DNA from: an uncultured Actinomycetes bacterium
GTDB lineage: Bacteria > Actinomycetota > Actinomycetes > Streptosporangiales > Streptosporangiaceae
Reading direction: 5' to 3'
NCBI GenBank assembly: GCA_963814645.1
Contig: CAWFDX010000002.1
Coordinates: 368,480 to 432,479 of the forward strand
DNA length: 64,000 nucleotides
Part shown: piece after piece, positions 34,386 to 43,785 of the stretch
Layout of the letters: the number at the start of each line of letters is the position of its first letter
Position numbering within the stretch: the stretch's first letter is position 1
The notes under the pieces: model-generated
Databases searched by the model: none
What the model was told of the DNA's origin: nothing
The model's input: only the letters and a program-made list of their open reading frames with translations
Made by a program: the position numbers and the translations under genes

Positions 34386-34569
34386 CCGGCATCTGCGTGT
34401 AGTGCCGCCCTGGCCGCCTGACCCCACCCCACGCTGGCCGCGCGTGTTGTCGCTTTCCCGCACCCTGGATCCTCCTAAGCCGCTGCCTGCTGGTGCACCT
34501 CGCCTGCCGGGACGCGCTGGGCCCGCTCATGGAGAGCGGTGAGCGGGCCGCCCGGGGGGTGCGGTCCGC

Positions 34570-36240
34570 TCAGGAAGTGCGCGGGACGTCGTCGTCCGCC
34601 GCTTCCGGCCCGGTGCCGACGCCGCCGCCATCACCGGAACCGGGACTGGAACCGGCTGGCGCGCCCAATACTGAGACGTATCCGGCAGGCCGGAAGTTGC
34701 CCTCCAAAGGTACCCGTCCCCGGCGATGGCGGAGGAAAACAATGAGCCAGCCAACGGCGGTGCCCACGACCACGGCGGTGGCCGCCCAGGGCAGGTAGTC
34801 GCCCAGCCGGTCGTAGGGGGTCCGCACGCTGGCCGAAGGCAGCCCGATGCGCAGCACGATCACCCCGCGGTGCGCCGAGGTCATCACGGCCAGCAGCCGT
34901 CCCCGTGTGTCGAAGGCCACAGTGTCCCCGGTCAGCGCGGCCTGCACCACCGGCCGGCCGGTTTCCGCGGCGCGTACCGCGCTGAGCGAGGCATGCTGGG
35001 CCGGCGCCCAGCTGTCCTGGAACGTCGAGTCCGAGGTCTGGTAGACGATCAGCTGGGCGCCCAGGTCGGCATCCACCCGGGACATGTCCGGGAACGCCGA
35101 CTCGAAGCAGATCAGCACGCCGATCGGCAGCGGCCGCCCGGCCCGGTCCACCGCGTGGATCAGGTGCGCGCCGTCGCCCGGGATCATGTTGCTCGGCGCC
35201 GCCTTGCTGATGCTGGTCAGCCAGCCGAGCGCGCCGCGGAACGGGATGTACTCGCCGAACGGGACCAGCCGCGTCTTCACATACGACCCCAGCACGCCGT
35301 GCGGGCCGATCAGCAGCGCCACCTTGGACTCGCCGCCGCTAGGCAGCGCCGAGTCCTGGTTGACCAGGATCTCCGCGCCGGTCCTGGCGGCCAGCGCCTC
35401 GATCCGGTGGAGCAGGCCGGTGTCGGCGCGCTCGATGTCGTAGCCGACGCTGCTCTCCCCCCAGACGATCAGGTCAGGGCGGGCCGCGCCCAGCCCCTCG
35501 GACAGCCGCAGGCTGGCGTTCACCCGGCTGGCCCGGCTGGGCTGGCTGCCCTGCTGCACCAGGGCCACCGTGACGTGCCGGACGGCAGTCGCGGCGGGGG
35601 TCAGCGCGAACACCACCGGCCCGGCGGCCAGCGCCACCGCCACCCCGGCCGCGCCGGCCAGCCGCACCAGGTTCCGCCGTGCGAGCAGCAGGATCACGAT
35701 GCCGGTGTTGGCCGCCACCAGCGCGAAGCTGATCAGCCAGACCCCGCCCACCGAGGCCAGCGCGAGCACCACTGGGTGCTGCCACTGGCTGGTGCCGAGC
35801 ACCGCCCACGGGCCGCCGAAGCCCTGCCAGGACCGGGCCCACTCGGTGAACAGCCAGTAGCTGGGCAGCACGGCCAGCGCGGCGCTGGCCCGGCCCGGGG
35901 TGAGCGGGGCGCGGAGCAGCCGCCAGGTCGCATACCCGAACCCGGTCCACAGCGCGCCGAACACGATGCCCACCAGCAGCAGGCCGGGGCCGATGTTCGG
36001 GGCCAGCCAGTACAGCGCGGCCAGCAGGAAGCCGGCCCCGAGCCACCAGGCGCGGACCGCCGCCTCCCAGCCGGTGGCCGCGCCCCGGATGATCAGCAGC
36101 CCGGGCACCAGCCCACACCAGCCGAGAAGCTCCAGGTTCAGCGCGGGGAAGGCGAGGATGGGCAGCGCGCCAGCGGCCAGCGCCGCGTACCGGTAAGGCT
36201 GGGCGAGGGCGCGCCACAGTCGATGGCGCCTGGTGGCCAT
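34570..36240 (-). CDS. lnt: Apolipoprotein N-acyltransferase (paralogue 2)
   Basis: Multi-TM N-terminus plus a CN-hydrolase domain with E (IVWGESS), K (YVKTRLVPFGEYIP) and C (LICFESAF). Confidence 0.85.
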   Translation of the reverse strand: MATRRHRLWRALAQPYRYAALAAGALPILAFPALNLELLGWCGLVPGLLIIRGAATGWEAAVRAWWLGAGFLLAALYWLAPNIGPGLLLVGIVFGALWTGFGYATWRLLRAPLTPGRASAALAVLPSYWLFTEWARSWQGFGGPWAVLGTSQWQHPVVLALASVGGVWLISFALVAANTGIVILLLARRNLVRLAGAAGVAVALAAGPVVFALTPAATAVRHVTVALVQQGSQPSRASRVNASLRLSEGLGAARPDLIVWGESSVGYDIERADTGLLHRIEALAARTGAEILVNQDSALPSGGESKVALLIGPHGVLGSYVKTRLVPFGEYIPFRGALGWLTSISKAAPSNMIPGDGAHLIHAVDRAGRPLPIGVLICFESAFPDMSRVDADLGAQLIVYQTSDSTFQDSWAPAQHASLSAVRAAETGRPVVQAALTGDTVAFDTRGRLLAVMTSAHRGVIVLRIGLPSASVRTPYDRLGDYLPWAATAVVVGTAVGWLIVFLRHRRGRVPLEGNFRPAGYVSVLGAPAGSSPGSGDGGGVGTGPEAADDDVPRTS

Positions 36241-36243
36241 GCC

Positions 36244-37989
36244 TCAATTGTGGGCCGTGCCGCCACCGGCCGGTGCCGCGGACTCGCCAGCCGGGGCTGC
36301 GGACTCGCCGCCAGCTAGTGCCGTGGACCGCTGGCCCGCGCGCCGGTCCCGCACGGTCAGCCCGGTGGCCAGGGCCAGCGCGGCGATGGCCAGCCCAGTG
36401 AGCACCGCTTCCGGCCAGCCACCCAGCCGGTCGGCCAGGGTCAGCCCGGTGCGCAGCGGCACCCGTGCCTCCAGTTCGGCCCGCTGCCACAGCCCGCTGC
36501 GGGCCAGCACCGCCCCAGCCGGGCTGACGATCGCGCTCTCCCCGGTGGTGGACGCGTACACCACCGCGCGGTTCGATGTGATCGCCTGGATCCGGGCCAT
36601 GGCCACCTGCTGGGTCGACTCGCCGGACTGGCCGTCCACCTCGAACGTCGCGTCGTTGGACTGCACCGCGAGCAGGTTGGCGCCCGCCGTCACCTCGGAG
36701 CGGACCAGACCGTCGAACCCCACCTCGTAGCAGATCACGTCGCCCAGCCTGATCGCGCCGAGGCCGCGGTGGAACACCACCGCCTTGTCGCCGGCGGTGA
36801 AGTTGACCGGCTGCAGGTTGACCAGCGAGGTGATGTGCTTGAGCAGGCTGCGGAACGGGATGGACTCGCCGAACGGCACCAGCTTCCGCTTCACGTAGGT
36901 GGCGACCGGGCCGTGGCCGGGCAGCCACAGCTGGCCGGTGTTCCGCAGCGGGTTCTCCAGCAGCGCGCCGACCAGCACCGGCCGGTCGATGGTGCGCACC
37001 GCGGACGCGATCGTGGCGTAGATCGGCGGATACAGCGAGGGATCCAGGTCGGTCGAGTTCTCCGGCCAGATGACCAGGTCCGGGGCGGGGCGGGCGCCCG
37101 CGGCGACCTGCGCGGCCAGCGCCTCGGTGGCGGCCGCGTGGTTCTGCGTGACGGTGGTCGCGCGGAGCAGGTCCGGGATGCTCCTGGCGTGCGGCACGTC
37201 GCCCTGGATGGCCGCGACCACGGCGCTCCGCTCACCCGGGGCCGCCTGGTCAACCGGCAGCAGCGCACCGCCCAGAGCCAGCGCGAACGCCCCGGCCACG
37301 GCCAGTCCGGCCGGGATGAGGCCCCGCGGCCGGGCCCGCCGGGCGAGGACGGCCAGCACCGCCCAGGCCAGCGTCGCGCCGGCCAGCGCGACCAGGAAGG
37401 ACAGCAGCGGCGGCCCGCCGATGGCGGCCCAGTGCGCGGTGGGCGACCCGGACTGGCTCATCGCCAGCCGGCCCCACGGGAACGCGTACGGCCAGCGGGC
37501 CCGCATCGCCTCCGCCGCTACCCACCAGCAGGCCACCGCGACCGGCCAGCCGGGCAGCCGGAGCAGCAGCCGCTGGCCGATGCAGAGCAGCCCGAAGATG
37601 ACCGCCTCGGCGATGGCCAGCGCGGCCCACGCGTACCAGGCCACGTTGATCAGCCAGGACAGCAGCGGTACGAAGAACGCGACGCCGAAGACCAGCCCGA
37701 TGCCGAACGAGGCCCGAAACCGCTGCCGGTACAGGGTGAGCGCCAGCACGGCCGGCCCGGCGAAGGCCAGCGGCCACACCCCGACCGGCGGGAACGCCCC
37801 GGCCAGGGCCAGCCCGCCCGCCGCCGCGGCGGGCAGCGCCCAGCGCAGCGGCAGTGCGCCCGGCGGCCCCGCGGGCTGCCGGGCCGCCGCGGCGGCCGGC
37901 TGGCCCGCGGGGGCCATCCGGGCACTCCCCTCCGGGACGAGCTGCATAGGCCCGAGCGTAGCCGGATCCCCCAGCTCCCAGCAGCACAC
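36244..37989 (-). CDS. lnt: Apolipoprotein N-acyltransferase (paralogue 1)
   Basis: Multi-TM N-terminus plus a CN-hydrolase triad: E (IVWPENS), K (YVKRKLVPFGESIP) and C (VICYEVGF). The true start is uncertain (internal ATGs at MQLVPEG or MAPAGQ). The stop lies 3 nt before the start of paralogue 2. Confidence 0.8.
   Translation of the reverse strand: MCCWELGDPATLGPMQLVPEGSARMAPAGQPAAAAARQPAGPPGALPLRWALPAAAAGGLALAGAFPPVGVWPLAFAGPAVLALTLYRQRFRASFGIGLVFGVAFFVPLLSWLINVAWYAWAALAIAEAVIFGLLCIGQRLLLRLPGWPVAVACWWVAAEAMRARWPYAFPWGRLAMSQSGSPTAHWAAIGGPPLLSFLVALAGATLAWAVLAVLARRARPRGLIPAGLAVAGAFALALGGALLPVDQAAPGERSAVVAAIQGDVPHARSIPDLLRATTVTQNHAAATEALAAQVAAGARPAPDLVIWPENSTDLDPSLYPPIYATIASAVRTIDRPVLVGALLENPLRNTGQLWLPGHGPVATYVKRKLVPFGESIPFRSLLKHITSLVNLQPVNFTAGDKAVVFHRGLGAIRLGDVICYEVGFDGLVRSEVTAGANLLAVQSNDATFEVDGQSGESTQQVAMARIQAITSNRAVVYASTTGESAIVSPAGAVLARSGLWQRAELEARVPLRTGLTLADRLGGWPEAVLTGLAIAALALATGLTVRDRRAGQRSTALAGGESAAPAGESAAPAGGGTAHN
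36274..36317. repeat. 21-bp tandem duplication encoding GESAAPA x2 at the C-terminus of lnt paralogue 1
   Basis: gcggactcgcc...gcc is repeated back to back. The translation reads AGGESAAPAGESAAPAGG. Confidence 0.6.
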
Positions 37990-38004
37990 CTTTCTTACCG
38001 AACG

Positions 38005-38167
38005 CCAGTGCCCGGCTGATCTGCCCCGCCCCGCCAGTGTTTGCGGTGCCCGGTGGCCGGCCTGATCTGCCCCGGCTGGCCGGTGTTGCGGTGCCTGGTG
38101 GCCGGCCTGATCTGCCCCGCCTCACCAGTGTTTGCGGTGCCCGGTGGCCGGGCTGGTCCGCCCCACC
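38005..38167. repeat. Intergenic 45-46-bp tandem repeat, about 3.5 copies
   Basis: Units ccagtgtttgcggtgcccggtggccggcctgatctgccccgg start at 38034, 38080 and 38125, with a partial copy at 38005-38030. They lie between the divergent lnt and eamA-type genes. Confidence 0.75.
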
Positions 38168-38263
38168 CGCATGAGTCGGCCCCGGTAGCGCGGCTCCTCT
38201 ACCCAGCCTGCCGAGGTTGGCGCTTCCCGGTAGCCTGCGGGGGACGGATGGGGAGGTACGGGG

Positions 38264-39247
38264 TTGAGCCGCCGCGGCTGGGTGCTGTTCACGGCGATGA
38301 GCCTGATCTGGGGTGTGCCGTACCTGCTCATCAAGGTCGTGGATGACGCCGGGGTCCCGGTGCCCGTGCTGGTGCTGACCCGGGTGGCGGGCGGCGCGGT
38401 CATCCTGCTGCCGATCGCGCTGCGCCGCGGCGAACTCGGCGTGCTCCGCCCGCACTGGCGCTGGCTGGCCATCTTCGCCTGCGTGGAGATCATCCTGCCC
38501 TGGCTGTTCCTCTCCCAGGCCGAGCGCAGGCTGTCCAGCTCGATGGGCGGGCTGCTTATCGCGTCGGTGCCGATCATCGGGGTGGTGCTGGCCCGGCTCA
38601 CCGGCGGCACCGAGCGGCTGACCCCGCTGCGCTGGGCCGGGCTGCTCGGCGGGCTGGCGGGCGTGGCGCTGCTGGCCGGCCCGGGCGCACTGGGCGGCAA
38701 CCTGGGCTCGGTCGTGCTGGTCCTGCTCACCGCGGTGGGCTATGCCACCGGCCCGCTGATCGCCAGCCGCAAGCTGGCCGGCCTGCCCGGGCTCGGCATG
38801 ACCGCCGTCTGCCTCGGCTTCGCCGCCGTGGTCTACGCCCCCGCCGCGGCGCTGACCTGGCCGTCTACCGTCCCGTCAGCCAAGGTCCTGGCCAGCCTGG
38901 CCGGGCTGGCGGTGATCTGCACGGCGCTCGCCTTCGTGCTGTTCTTCCAGTTGATCGCCGAGGTCGGCCCGGCCCGGGCCACCGTGATCACCTACGTCAA
39001 CCCGGCCGTGGCGGTCGCGCTCGGCGTCGGTGTCCTCGGCGAGCCGCTGACCCCGGAGATCATCGCCGCGTTCGGGCTCATCCTGGCCGGGTCGGTGCTG
39101 GCCACCCAGTCCGGCCGGACCGCCGCGCGGCCTGGCGACGCGCGGCCCGATACCCCGCTGGCCGATAGCTCGCTGCCCGCTGACCCGGTGGCTCCCGGGG
39201 AGGCGGACGAGCCGGGCACCTCGTCCCCGGCCGCCGCCCGCCCGTGA
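38264..39247 (+). CDS. DMT-superfamily (EamA-like) transporter
   Basis: Ten hydrophobic segments. N-terminus WVLFTAMSLIWGVPYLLIK and a duplicated EamA architecture. Confidence 0.85.
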   Translation: MSRRGWVLFTAMSLIWGVPYLLIKVVDDAGVPVPVLVLTRVAGGAVILLPIALRRGELGVLRPHWRWLAIFACVEIILPWLFLSQAERRLSSSMGGLLIASVPIIGVVLARLTGGTERLTPLRWAGLLGGLAGVALLAGPGALGGNLGSVVLVLLTAVGYATGPLIASRKLAGLPGLGMTAVCLGFAAVVYAPAAALTWPSTVPSAKVLASLAGLAVICTALAFVLFFQLIAEVGPARATVITYVNPAVAVALGVGVLGEPLTPEIIAAFGLILAGSVLATQSGRTAARPGDARPDTPLADSSLPADPVAPGEADEPGTSSPAAARP

Positions 39248-39287
39248 CCGTCACCGGCCGCCGCCCGCCCCCGAGGAGCCCTGGCTC

Positions 39288-40526
39288 ATGACCCCCGGGG
39301 AGCAGCTGGCCGCGCTGCTGTCCCAGCCCGGTGCCGACCTGCTGGCCCGGCTGGGCCAGCAGTCACTGTCCCCAGCCGGGGCGCTGCGGCTGGGCACCGA
39401 TCTGCGCGCGGACTACCCGGCCGAACTCGTCGCCGCCGCACTGGCCCAGCATGAGCTGCGGATCGCGGCCCAGGCCAAGTTCAGCCGGGCCATGCGGATG
39501 TTCTTCACCCGGGACGGCCTGGAGCAGGCGTCCGGCGAAGTGGTGGCCCAGCACCGCCGCGGCCGCTACCCGGCGGGCGGGCAGCTGGGCGACCTGTGCT
39601 GCGGCATCGGCGGTGACCTGATCGCGCTGGCCGATGGGCACCAGGCCCGCGCGGTGGACGCCGACCCGGTGCACCTGCGGATGGCCGAGGCCAACGCGGC
39701 GGTCTATGGCGTGGCCGGCCAGGTCCGGTTCGAGCATCGCGACGTCCGGGACACCGACCTGAGCGGCGTGACGGGGGCGTTCATCGACCCGGCCCGGCGG
39801 ACCGGCCGGGGCCGGCTCCGGCCCGGCGACAGCGAGCCGCCGCTGGCTTGGTGCCTGGACCTGGCCAGCCAGGTCAGCCAGCTCGGCATCAAGGCCGCGC
39901 CGGGGATCCCGCGGGAGCTGGTGCCGCCGGGCTGGGAGACGGAGTTCATCGCGGTCGGCCGCGAGCTGAAGGAAGCCGCGCTGTGGTCGCCCGCGCTGGC
40001 CCGGTCGGCGACCCGGGCGACGATCCTGCCCGGCGGCCATACCCTCACCCCGAAGCCCGGCCCGCCCGTCCCGGTGGCCCCGCCCGGCCCGTACCTGCTC
40101 GACCCGAACCCGGCCGTCACCCGGGCCGGCCTGGTGGCCGAGCTGGCCCGGGCGGCCGGCGGCTGGCAGATCGACGAGCAGATCGCGTTCCTGTGCACCG
40201 GCCAGCCGGTGCGCACCCCGTTCGCCCGCACTCTCCAGGTGCTCGATTCCGGCCGGTGGCATCAGCGCGAGCTGTCCGCCCGGCTGCGCGCACTGGGCAT
40301 TGGCTCGGTGGACATCCGCCGCCGCGGCCTGGCCGGCGACGTGGCCCAGATCCGGCGGCAGCTCAAGCTGTCCGGCCCGCACCGGGCCACCCTGATCATG
40401 ACCCGTGCCGAGGACCGTCCCTGGGCCCTGATCTGCCAGGACCTCCCGCTCGCCCCGGCAGCTGCTGACGCACCCCTCCCGGCCGCCGGCCGCATCGATC
40501 CTCCCCACCGCCAACCGCATCGATGA
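39288..40526 (+). CDS. Class I SAM-dependent methyltransferase with THUMP-like C-terminal domain
   Basis: SAM motif I LGDLCCGIGGDLIALA and FIDPARR. The conserved C-terminal region (EQIAFLCTGQ...LRALGIGSVDIRRRG) is typical of this family. Confidence 0.75.
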   Translation: MTPGEQLAALLSQPGADLLARLGQQSLSPAGALRLGTDLRADYPAELVAAALAQHELRIAAQAKFSRAMRMFFTRDGLEQASGEVVAQHRRGRYPAGGQLGDLCCGIGGDLIALADGHQARAVDADPVHLRMAEANAAVYGVAGQVRFEHRDVRDTDLSGVTGAFIDPARRTGRGRLRPGDSEPPLAWCLDLASQVSQLGIKAAPGIPRELVPPGWETEFIAVGRELKEAALWSPALARSATRATILPGGHTLTPKPGPPVPVAPPGPYLLDPNPAVTRAGLVAELARAAGGWQIDEQIAFLCTGQPVRTPFARTLQVLDSGRWHQRELSARLRALGIGSVDIRRRGLAGDVAQIRRQLKLSGPHRATLIMTRAEDRPWALICQDLPLAPAAADAPLPAAGRIDPPHRQPHR

Positions 40527-40720
40527 AACACCCAGATGGTCCTGGCCACATGAATGAATCAGTCATGCGGTCCTTGGGCTGCCTCCGGGGCGGTGGCTGA
40601 AAGGTTGGTGCGGTTGGGCGGTCGGGGTTGGGCCGCCCGGCGGCGGGGGTTGGGCCCGCCGGACGGCGGGGGAGGCCGTGCGGGCCTGCGATACCGGCTG
40701 TGCCCACTAGACTCGCGCAG

Positions 40721-41971
40721 GTGATTGACCTCAAAGCCGCGCGCCAGGAACCGGACCGGTACCGCACCGCACTGGCCCGGCGTGGCGCGGCCGATGACTT
40801 CGACGCCCTGCTCGCCGCCGACCAGCGGTGGCGCGAGCTGACCGAGCGGGCCGAGACGCTCCGCGCGGCCCAGAAGCGCTCCTCCAAGGGCGCGCCGCCC
40901 AGCCCGGAAGAGATCGCCGAGCTGCGCCAGCTGCGCAAGGAACTGGACGCGGCCGAGGCCGAGCAGGCCGAGGCCGACCAGGTCCGGCAGGCGCTGCTGG
41001 CCCAGATCCCGAACCTGCCCGACCCGACCGCCGCGGACGGCATGTCCGAGGAGGACTCGGTCGCCATCCGCACCTGGGGCGAGCAGCCGTCGCTGCGCTT
41101 CCCGGTCAAGGACGCCGCCGACCTGGGCTCGGCCCGCGGCTGGATCGACATGGCCCGGGGCGCCCGGCTGTCCGGGTCCCGGTTCGCCTACCGGATCGGC
41201 GACGTGGCCGTCACCGAGCAGGCGCTGTACCGGTTCGTGCTGGACCGGCTGGCCAGCAAGGGGTTCCTCACCGTGCTGCCGCCGGTGCTGGTCGGCGAGC
41301 GGGCCATGTACGGCACCGGCTTCCTGCCCACCGAGGAATCCAACCTGTACCACCTGGAACGCGACGACCTGTACCTGACCGGCACGTCGGAGGTGGCGCT
41401 GGCCGGCATCCACACCGATGAGCGGCTGGAGGAGAGCGAACTGCCGGCCAAGTACGCCGCGTTCAGCACCAACTTCCGCCGCGAGGCCGGGGCGGCGGGC
41501 AAGGACACCAAGGGCATGTTCCGGGTGCATCAGTTCGACAAGGTCGAGATGTACGTCTACTGCGTGCCCGAGCAGTCGGCTGAGTTCCACGAGCAGCTGC
41601 TGGCCCACGAAGAGGAGATCGTCCAGGCGCTGGGCCTGCCCTACCGGGTAATGAACATCGCGGTCGGGGACCTGGGCGCGCCCGCCGCGAAGAAGTACGA
41701 CATCGAGGCCTGGTTCCCGGCGCAGCAGCGGTACCGGGAGATCACCTCCTGCTCGAACACCACCGATTACCAGGCCCGGCGGCTGAACATCCGGTTCCGC
41801 CGGGACGGCAGGCTGGAGTTTGCGCACACCCTGAACGGGACCGGGGCCACCGCCCGGTCACTGCTGTCCATCATGGAGAACTTCCAGGACGAGCGGGGCA
41901 CCGTGGCCGTGCCCGAGGTGCTGCAGCGCTACGGCGCGCCCGCCACCATCGGCACCCCGCCCGAGGACTAA
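40721..41971 (+). CDS. serS: Serine--tRNA ligase
   Basis: VIDLKAARQEPDRYR N-terminal coiled-coil arm with class II motifs (FRREAGAAGKDTKGMFRVHQFDKVE, GTGATARS). GTG at 40721 is chosen within ORF 40628. Confidence 0.9.
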   Translation: MIDLKAARQEPDRYRTALARRGAADDFDALLAADQRWRELTERAETLRAAQKRSSKGAPPSPEEIAELRQLRKELDAAEAEQAEADQVRQALLAQIPNLPDPTAADGMSEEDSVAIRTWGEQPSLRFPVKDAADLGSARGWIDMARGARLSGSRFAYRIGDVAVTEQALYRFVLDRLASKGFLTVLPPVLVGERAMYGTGFLPTEESNLYHLERDDLYLTGTSEVALAGIHTDERLEESELPAKYAAFSTNFRREAGAAGKDTKGMFRVHQFDKVEMYVYCVPEQSAEFHEQLLAHEEEIVQALGLPYRVMNIAVGDLGAPAAKKYDIEAWFPAQQRYREITSCSNTTDYQARRLNIRFRRDGRLEFAHTLNGTGATARSLLSIMENFQDERGTVAVPEVLQRYGAPATIGTPPED

Positions 41972-42365
41972 CCCAGCGCGCCCCTGATGCGGTAAGCGGA
42001 TCCGCCGGGCGCGCGTGGCCGGGGGGCGCGGTGCGGGTTGCCCGGCCAAGCGTGCCCGGGTACCCAGAATCACCGGAAATTCACCTCTTGATCGCGATTG
42101 CGACATGGGCTACGTTCATCGCAAACACGAACAGATCATGATCCAACAGAATCCAACGTGAGAGCGTTAACAAGGATCTGCCGCACCCCAGCGGACCGCC
42201 TGGAAAGCGGTACGAAACGGTGGATCCCGCACCAGAAAGCCAGGGCTCCGGAGTAGGCGAAGACAAACGATTTCGAGGGCTCGCGGCCACGTATGGCCGC
42301 GCCCCGTAACAGGCAGGTAACTGCCAGGTGATCATGACTGGTCTGGACGAAAGGGGCGTGATCGA

Positions 42366-43712
42366 GTGAGTAAGAAAAAGTTCAGCCTGGTAAGAGTGTG
42401 TGCGGTCGCCTCAGCAGCCGCTTTAGTCCTAGCCGCGTGCAGCAGCGGGGGCTCCTCCACCAGTCAGAAGGGGGCGCATCAGAAAGTCACCCTCACCTGG
42501 TGGACGTGGACCGCTAACCCGAAGGACGTCATCTCGAATTTCGAGAAGAAATACCCCTGGATCACCATCAAGCCGCCGCCGTCCTATGGTTCCGGCGGCA
42601 CGTTCTACGCCAAGCTCACTACCGCCCTGGCGGCCGGTAACGGCCCGGACGTGACTCAGGTCGAGCTGGACCATCTGCCGCAGTTCACCCAGGCGCACGA
42701 CCTGGTGAACATCGCCCAGTATGACGCCAAGTACAAGAGCGATTACCCGTCCTGGGTGTGGAGTCAGGTCACCCAGGGCAGCAACCTGTACGCGATGCCC
42801 GAGGACATCGGCCCAATGGGCCTGATGTACCAGCCCAGCGTGCTGAAGAAGTACAACCTGCCGGTGCCGACCACCTGGGCGACCTACGCCTCGGACGCGG
42901 TCGCGCTGCACAAAAAGGACCCGTCTCAGTACCTGACCTACTTCCCGGTCAACGACGGGGACTACCTGGAGGCGCTGTTCTGGCAGGCCGGCGCCCGGCC
43001 GTACCAGTTGCTGCCCAACGGCACCTGGAAGATCGACGTAGACGGGCCGATCGAGCAGCAGGTGCTGAACTACTGGGGCAAGCTGGTCGATGAGAAGGCC
43101 ATCGCGGTGGACAACGACTTCACCGCGGACTGGGGCCACCACATCGCCAACGACGAATACGTCTCCTACGTGGGCGCCGCCTGGGGGCCCACCTACGAGG
43201 TGGACACCTACCTGACCAAGTCGCACCCGCAGACCTACACGGTCGGTGCGCTGCCGCAGTGGACCGCGGGCGCGCACGCCGACGCCAACTGGGGCGGCTC
43301 GACCAACGCCGTCACCAAGGACGCGCCGGGCAACCTGGTCGCGGACGCGGCGCTGTTCGCGGCCTACATCAACACCTCGCCGAGCGGCCTGACCGTGGAC
43401 GAGAAGCCCGCGACCACCAGCGGCGGTGGGCGCGGCCTGTTCCCGGCCGACGTCAACCGCTCGTCGGTGTCTGCGTTCAACGCACCCGTGCCCGACTTCA
43501 CCGGCAACGTCAACCAGGAGTTCTCCAGCCTGTCCGCGAACGTGCCGACGAACTTCGAGTGGAGTCCGTGGGACACCGAGTTCGGCACGTACGTGACCTC
43601 GCAGTTGCCGGCGGCTGCGGCCGGCAAGGAGAGCTGGACCAAGGCGCTCCAGGTCACCGAGCAGCAGATGCTGAACTACGCCAAGACGGCCGGCTACCAG
43701 GTCGAGGGATAA
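42366..43712 (+). CDS. Sugar ABC transporter substrate-binding lipoprotein
   Basis: Signal peptide plus lipobox (LVLAACSSGG). Family-1 solute-binding protein size and composition. Confidence 0.9.
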   Translation: MSKKKFSLVRVCAVASAAALVLAACSSGGSSTSQKGAHQKVTLTWWTWTANPKDVISNFEKKYPWITIKPPPSYGSGGTFYAKLTTALAAGNGPDVTQVELDHLPQFTQAHDLVNIAQYDAKYKSDYPSWVWSQVTQGSNLYAMPEDIGPMGLMYQPSVLKKYNLPVPTTWATYASDAVALHKKDPSQYLTYFPVNDGDYLEALFWQAGARPYQLLPNGTWKIDVDGPIEQQVLNYWGKLVDEKAIAVDNDFTADWGHHIANDEYVSYVGAAWGPTYEVDTYLTKSHPQTYTVGALPQWTAGAHADANWGGSTNAVTKDAPGNLVADAALFAAYINTSPSGLTVDEKPATTSGGGRGLFPADVNRSSVSAFNAPVPDFTGNVNQEFSSLSANVPTNFEWSPWDTEFGTYVTSQLPAAAAGKESWTKALQVTEQQMLNYAKTAGYQVEG

Positions 43713-43720
43713 CCGCAGCC

Positions 43721-43757
43721 AGTGGCCTGCCGGGCGAAACATGCCCGGCAGGCCACT
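43721..43757 (+). terminator. Perfect 15-bp stem hairpin after the binding-protein gene (intra-operon attenuator/stabiliser)
   Basis: agtggcctgccgggc (43721-43735), loop gaaacat, then gcccggcaggccact (43743-43757). It lies 9 nt after the stop. Confidence 0.5.
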
Positions 43758-43785
43758 CCGGCACTCCATGGAAGGGGGATGAGCG

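Noticed and set aside
38005-38167. Possible CRISPR array
   Set aside because: The repeats are directly tandem (45-46-bp period) with no unique spacers, and no cas genes are in the window.
40527-40720. T-box riboswitch upstream of serS
   Set aside because: I could not find the conserved T-box sequence (AGGGUGGUACCGCG-like) or a specifier-loop architecture. The region is instead G-rich and repetitive.
42081-42335. 84-aa minus-strand ORF in the serS / ABC operon gap
   Set aside because: It has no RBS, poor codon bias, no recognisable motif and an odd composition. The region is better explained as a regulatory leader.
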